Position numbers and translations under genes: made by a program. From assembly GCA_965216875.1 (NCBI GenBank), contig OZ244207.1, positions 1,824,001-1,888,000 on the forward strand: a stretch of 64,000 nucleotides of DNA. The letters are read 5' to 3'. This DNA is from Rubripirellula sp. GTDB taxonomy: Bacteria; Planctomycetota; Planctomycetia; Pirellulales; Pirellulaceae. This document shows positions 60,993 through 64,000 of the stretch, in pieces. Every line of letters starts with the position of its first letter. Position 1 is the stretch's first letter. The notes beneath the pieces were generated by a model. It was not told the DNA's origin and did no database searches. It saw only the letters and a list, made by a program, of their open reading frames with translations.

Positions 60993-61316
60993 TCAGTCCT
61001 TTTCGGGGCGTCGGAAAACCGCAACGATATCGTCGACCGGAACGACAAATAGCTGGTTGTCGTGTTCGAGATCGACGGGGATCGCGTTTTTAGGGTGAAA
61101 AAGGATCTTGTCGTACTGACGAAGCGGCAGCTCTTCGTCATTTTCGACGACAGCGCTGATGGTCACGATGCGACCTGTGATCGTTGGGATCTCAGCTGCA
61201 TCGGGCAGTGCGATCCCCCCACGGGTCTCTCGTTTTGGTTCGTCTTTGCGTACCAAGACACGGTCGCCAATTGGCTCGACGTGCTCAAAGGTAGCCGCTG
61301 CCTTCTTCTTTCCCAT
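60993..61316 (-). CDS. groES: Co-chaperonin GroES homologue (orphan, divergent)
   Basis: PIGDRVLV, TRGGIALPD mobile loop, DKILF, DDIVAV. Confidence 0.85.
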   Translation of the reverse strand: MGKKKAAATFEHVEPIGDRVLVRKDEPKRETRGGIALPDAAEIPTITGRIVTISAVVENDEELPLRQYDKILFHPKNAIPVDLEHDNQLFVVPVDDIVAVFRRPEKD

Positions 61317-61438
61317 CTCCGCTCCGCAGGCTCGCTTCGTAAAGTCAAACGAGCATTGTCGTCATCCGAGGGCGAATCGTCGAGGCGGCATGACGCACGA
61401 AATTCGAACTTCGCCCAACGCGAAAAGACGCTTCCAAA

Positions 61439-62455
61439 CTAGGAGGCGACAAAACTGCGGGCATGTGCCTCGCGCTGAGCCAGTTCGTAGTCGTGCTGGG
61501 TCATGATGCGAGCAAGTTCTTCAAGATCGGTCTTGGCCGTCCAGCCGAGTTTGTCTTTTGCCTTCGATGCGTCGCCCAAGAGCAAGTCGACCTCGGCCGG
61601 GCGGAAGTAGCGAGGGTCAATTTCGACGTAGTCTTCGTAGTTCAGATCGAGCTGTTCAAAGACCAGTCGGCAGAAGTCGCGAACCGATTCGGTGCGGCCG
61701 GTCGCCAAAACGAAGTCATCGGGTTCGTCATGCTGGAGGATTCGCCACATGCCTTCGACGTAGTCCTTGGCGTAGCCCCAGTCCCGTTTCGCGTCGAGGT
61801 TGCCGAGATAGAGTTTCGATTGAATCCCCATCTTGATCCTACCTGCCGCACGTGTGATCTTTCGCGTGACAAAGGTTTCGCCACGGCGCTCCGATTCGTG
61901 ATTGAAAAGGATGCCATTGGACGCGAACAAGTCATAACCGCGTCGGTAGTTCACGGTTTGGTGATAGGCGTAAACTTTCGCGCACGCGTAGGGCGACTGT
62001 GGATTGAAGGGCGTTGTTTCCTTTTGCGGTGTTTCGAGAACCTCGCCAAACATCTCACTGCTACTTGCTTGGTAGACGCGAACCGGTTTGGTTTGATTCA
62101 GAATCCTCGCCGCTTCAAGAACGTTGAGGGCACCGACGCCGACCGTTTGCAACGTGTAGACCGGTTGGTCATACGAAACACGAACGTGGCTTTGTGCGCC
62201 AAGGTTGTAGATTTCATCGGGTTCGATATCGAGCACCAGATTGGTCAGTGCCTGGCCATCGGTTAGGTCACCGTAGTGCAAACGCAGACGCGGCTCGTCA
62301 TGCAAGTCTTGGTAAAGGTGATCAATTCGCTCGGTCGAAAAGGTACTGCTTCGACGGACCAAGCCGTGAACAAGGTAATCTTTTTCCAACAGCAACTCGG
62401 CGAGGTAACTGCCGTCTTGACCGGTGATGCCGGTGATCAATGCTGACTTACTCAT
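61439..62455 (-). CDS. gmd: GDP-mannose 4,6-dehydratase
   Basis: [55 protein letters not shown]; start moved to ATG 62455. Confidence 0.97.
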   Translation of the reverse strand: MSKSALITGITGQDGSYLAELLLEKDYLVHGLVRRSSTFSTERIDHLYQDLHDEPRLRLHYGDLTDGQALTNLVLDIEPDEIYNLGAQSHVRVSYDQPVYTLQTVGVGALNVLEAARILNQTKPVRVYQASSSEMFGEVLETPQKETTPFNPQSPYACAKVYAYHQTVNYRRGYDLFASNGILFNHESERRGETFVTRKITRAAGRIKMGIQSKLYLGNLDAKRDWGYAKDYVEGMWRILQHDEPDDFVLATGRTESVRDFCRLVFEQLDLNYEDYVEIDPRYFRPAEVDLLLGDASKAKDKLGWTAKTDLEELARIMTQHDYELAQREAHARSFVAS

Positions 62456-62537
62456 GGCGATAACACACCAACGTGCGTAGTAAATTGGGACGATAAAGTG
62501 AGGAAACGGATTGTTGCGTTCCGAAAGGGTTTGGCAT

Positions 62538-63503
62538 TCATGCCGAACGCAGTTGGCCTGCGCCCGTTTCGGAAAGAAACGATTGATAGGTTTGATGGAG
62601 CCCGTCGGCAAGGTCGACTTGGTGCTTCCAGCCGAGCGAATGAATTTTCGAGACGTCGCTACATTTGATTGGCGTTCCATCCGGACGCGATGGATCCGTG
62701 ATGATGTGTCCTTGGAAACCAACCGTTTGCGCGACCAGATGTGCGAGCTCGAGGATCGTTTGATCGATGCCGGTTCCAACATTGACCCAATCGGGCGGAT
62801 CACTCAGGCCAAGCAGGTGAACGACCGCATCGGCAAGGTCATCAACGAACAGGAACTCGCGGCGCGGTGAACCGGTTCCCCAGATTTGGACCGAATCGGC
62901 CCCTGATTGTTTTGCGTCGTGGAAGCGACGGATCAGCGCCGGCAGGACATGGCTGTGTTCGGGATGGTAGTTATCGCCGGGTCCGTAAAGGTTGGTAGGC
63001 ATGGCGCTGTGGAACAGAACGCCATGCTGACGACGGTAGTATTGGCAAAGTTTCAGCCCGCTGATCTTGGCCAGCGCGTAGGCTTCGTTGGTCGGCTCGA
63101 GTGAACCGGACAATAACGCTTCTTCCTGGATCGGTTGCTCGCTGTCACGTGGATAGATGCACGTGCTGCCGAGAAAAAGAAAGCGCTCGGCGCCAATGCG
63201 GAAAGCCGCGTTGATCGAGTTGATCGCCATCAACAGGTTTTCGGTCAGGAACTCGACCGGATAGGTGTTGTTGGCGACGATGCCGCCGACACGAGCTGCA
63301 GCAAAAACGACGATGTTGGGGCGGTGGGCTTCAAAAAAGGCCTCGGTCGCTCGCTGATCGCAAAGGTCAAGCTCCTGGCGCGTCGCCGTGATGACCTCGC
63401 ACGATTGACCGTCCAAACGGCGGCAGAGTGCCGAGCCGACCATCCCGCGGTGGCCGGAAATGTAGATCTTTTTGCCTTCCATTGGCGAAATTGCACCTTC
63501 CAT
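62538..63503 (-). CDS. fcl: GDP-L-fucose synthase
   Basis: [58 protein letters not shown]; start 63503 or 63482. Confidence 0.96.
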   Translation of the reverse strand: MEGAISPMEGKKIYISGHRGMVGSALCRRLDGQSCEVITATRQELDLCDQRATEAFFEAHRPNIVVFAAARVGGIVANNTYPVEFLTENLLMAINSINAAFRIGAERFLFLGSTCIYPRDSEQPIQEEALLSGSLEPTNEAYALAKISGLKLCQYYRRQHGVLFHSAMPTNLYGPGDNYHPEHSHVLPALIRRFHDAKQSGADSVQIWGTGSPRREFLFVDDLADAVVHLLGLSDPPDWVNVGTGIDQTILELAHLVAQTVGFQGHIITDPSRPDGTPIKCSDVSKIHSLGWKHQVDLADGLHQTYQSFLSETGAGQLRSA

Positions 63504-64000
63504 AGCGGAGAGCCTAGTCGAATTCAGCGTCATCGTCTGCGCGAGCTTTTTCGATCCGAAGGCCCAGCCGATGTTCAAGCTGGGTACGAGCAGTTATCGG
63601 TTATACAGGATTTTCCGGTTAGGGGGCCATTGCCGCTTGGGGGAGGCGGGTAACTTCCAGTTGATCAGTGCGAATTTGCCGCCGATGCATAACAACAGCG
63701 GCCAAAATCGATTGGGACAGTCTTGATCGATGGGGCAAAGCTCATGTTTCTGAAAACTGTGCTGAGAAAGCGGCCAATGAATGGTTCCGCTTTCCGTCAC
63801 AGCGAAACACGTCGGATTTGCGTCCTAGACCCGTACACCCTCGACAACGTGTCGATGGCGTTCACCTCCCCCATTCGGTGATCGTCGTTCGGCTCATTGT
63901 CATACCAGATACGCAAGTACGGGCAGAGTCAAATAGCCCGCAACGCAACCGGCAGAGCTGGCCGCTCCGCAGGCAATGTTCATGGAAGAATCGTAAATGC

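Noticed and set aside
62456..62803. N-terminal extension of gmd
   Set aside because: Overlaps fcl; family homology begins at MSKSALITG
63580..64000. CDS, tRNA or ops/JUMPstart element upstream of fcl
   Set aside because: No convincing ORF, cloverleaf or GGCGGTAG ops motif found

Overview
Gene-dense bacterial chromosomal window, very likely a planctomycete (Pirellulaceae-like). That call is inferred from three PQQ/BamB-like propellers, a PVC-type heme-binding protein, a 'CERLEVRRLL'/dockerin surface protein and a sulfatase. About 42 CDS are supported, including moxR-DUF58-transglutaminase-cmk, ppc, an ABC/HlyD/TolC trio, deaD, cls, pgsA, an orphan groES, gmd and fcl. I saw no rRNA, tRNA, CRISPR array, transposase or prophage. 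Non-coding DNA holds at least three palindromic REP-like repeat families: a ~750 bp tandem array at 16.3-17.1 kb, a composite dispersed element (31.2, 36.2, 37.6 and 56.6 kb) and degenerate singletons. The best candidate for an undescribed system is a two-gene operon (17.1-23.2 kb): a small protein with a MoaD/ubiquitin-like C-terminus ending in Gly-Gly, coupled to a 1860-aa DUF4132-type helical protein with a C-terminal WGR domain, with no E1, E2 or JAB gene in the window. Also notable are an ABC exporter with degenerate ATPase motifs beside a winged-helix regulator and ppc, and an Fe-ADH homologue lacking most metal ligands. All family assignments come from motif recognition by eye; no database search was run.
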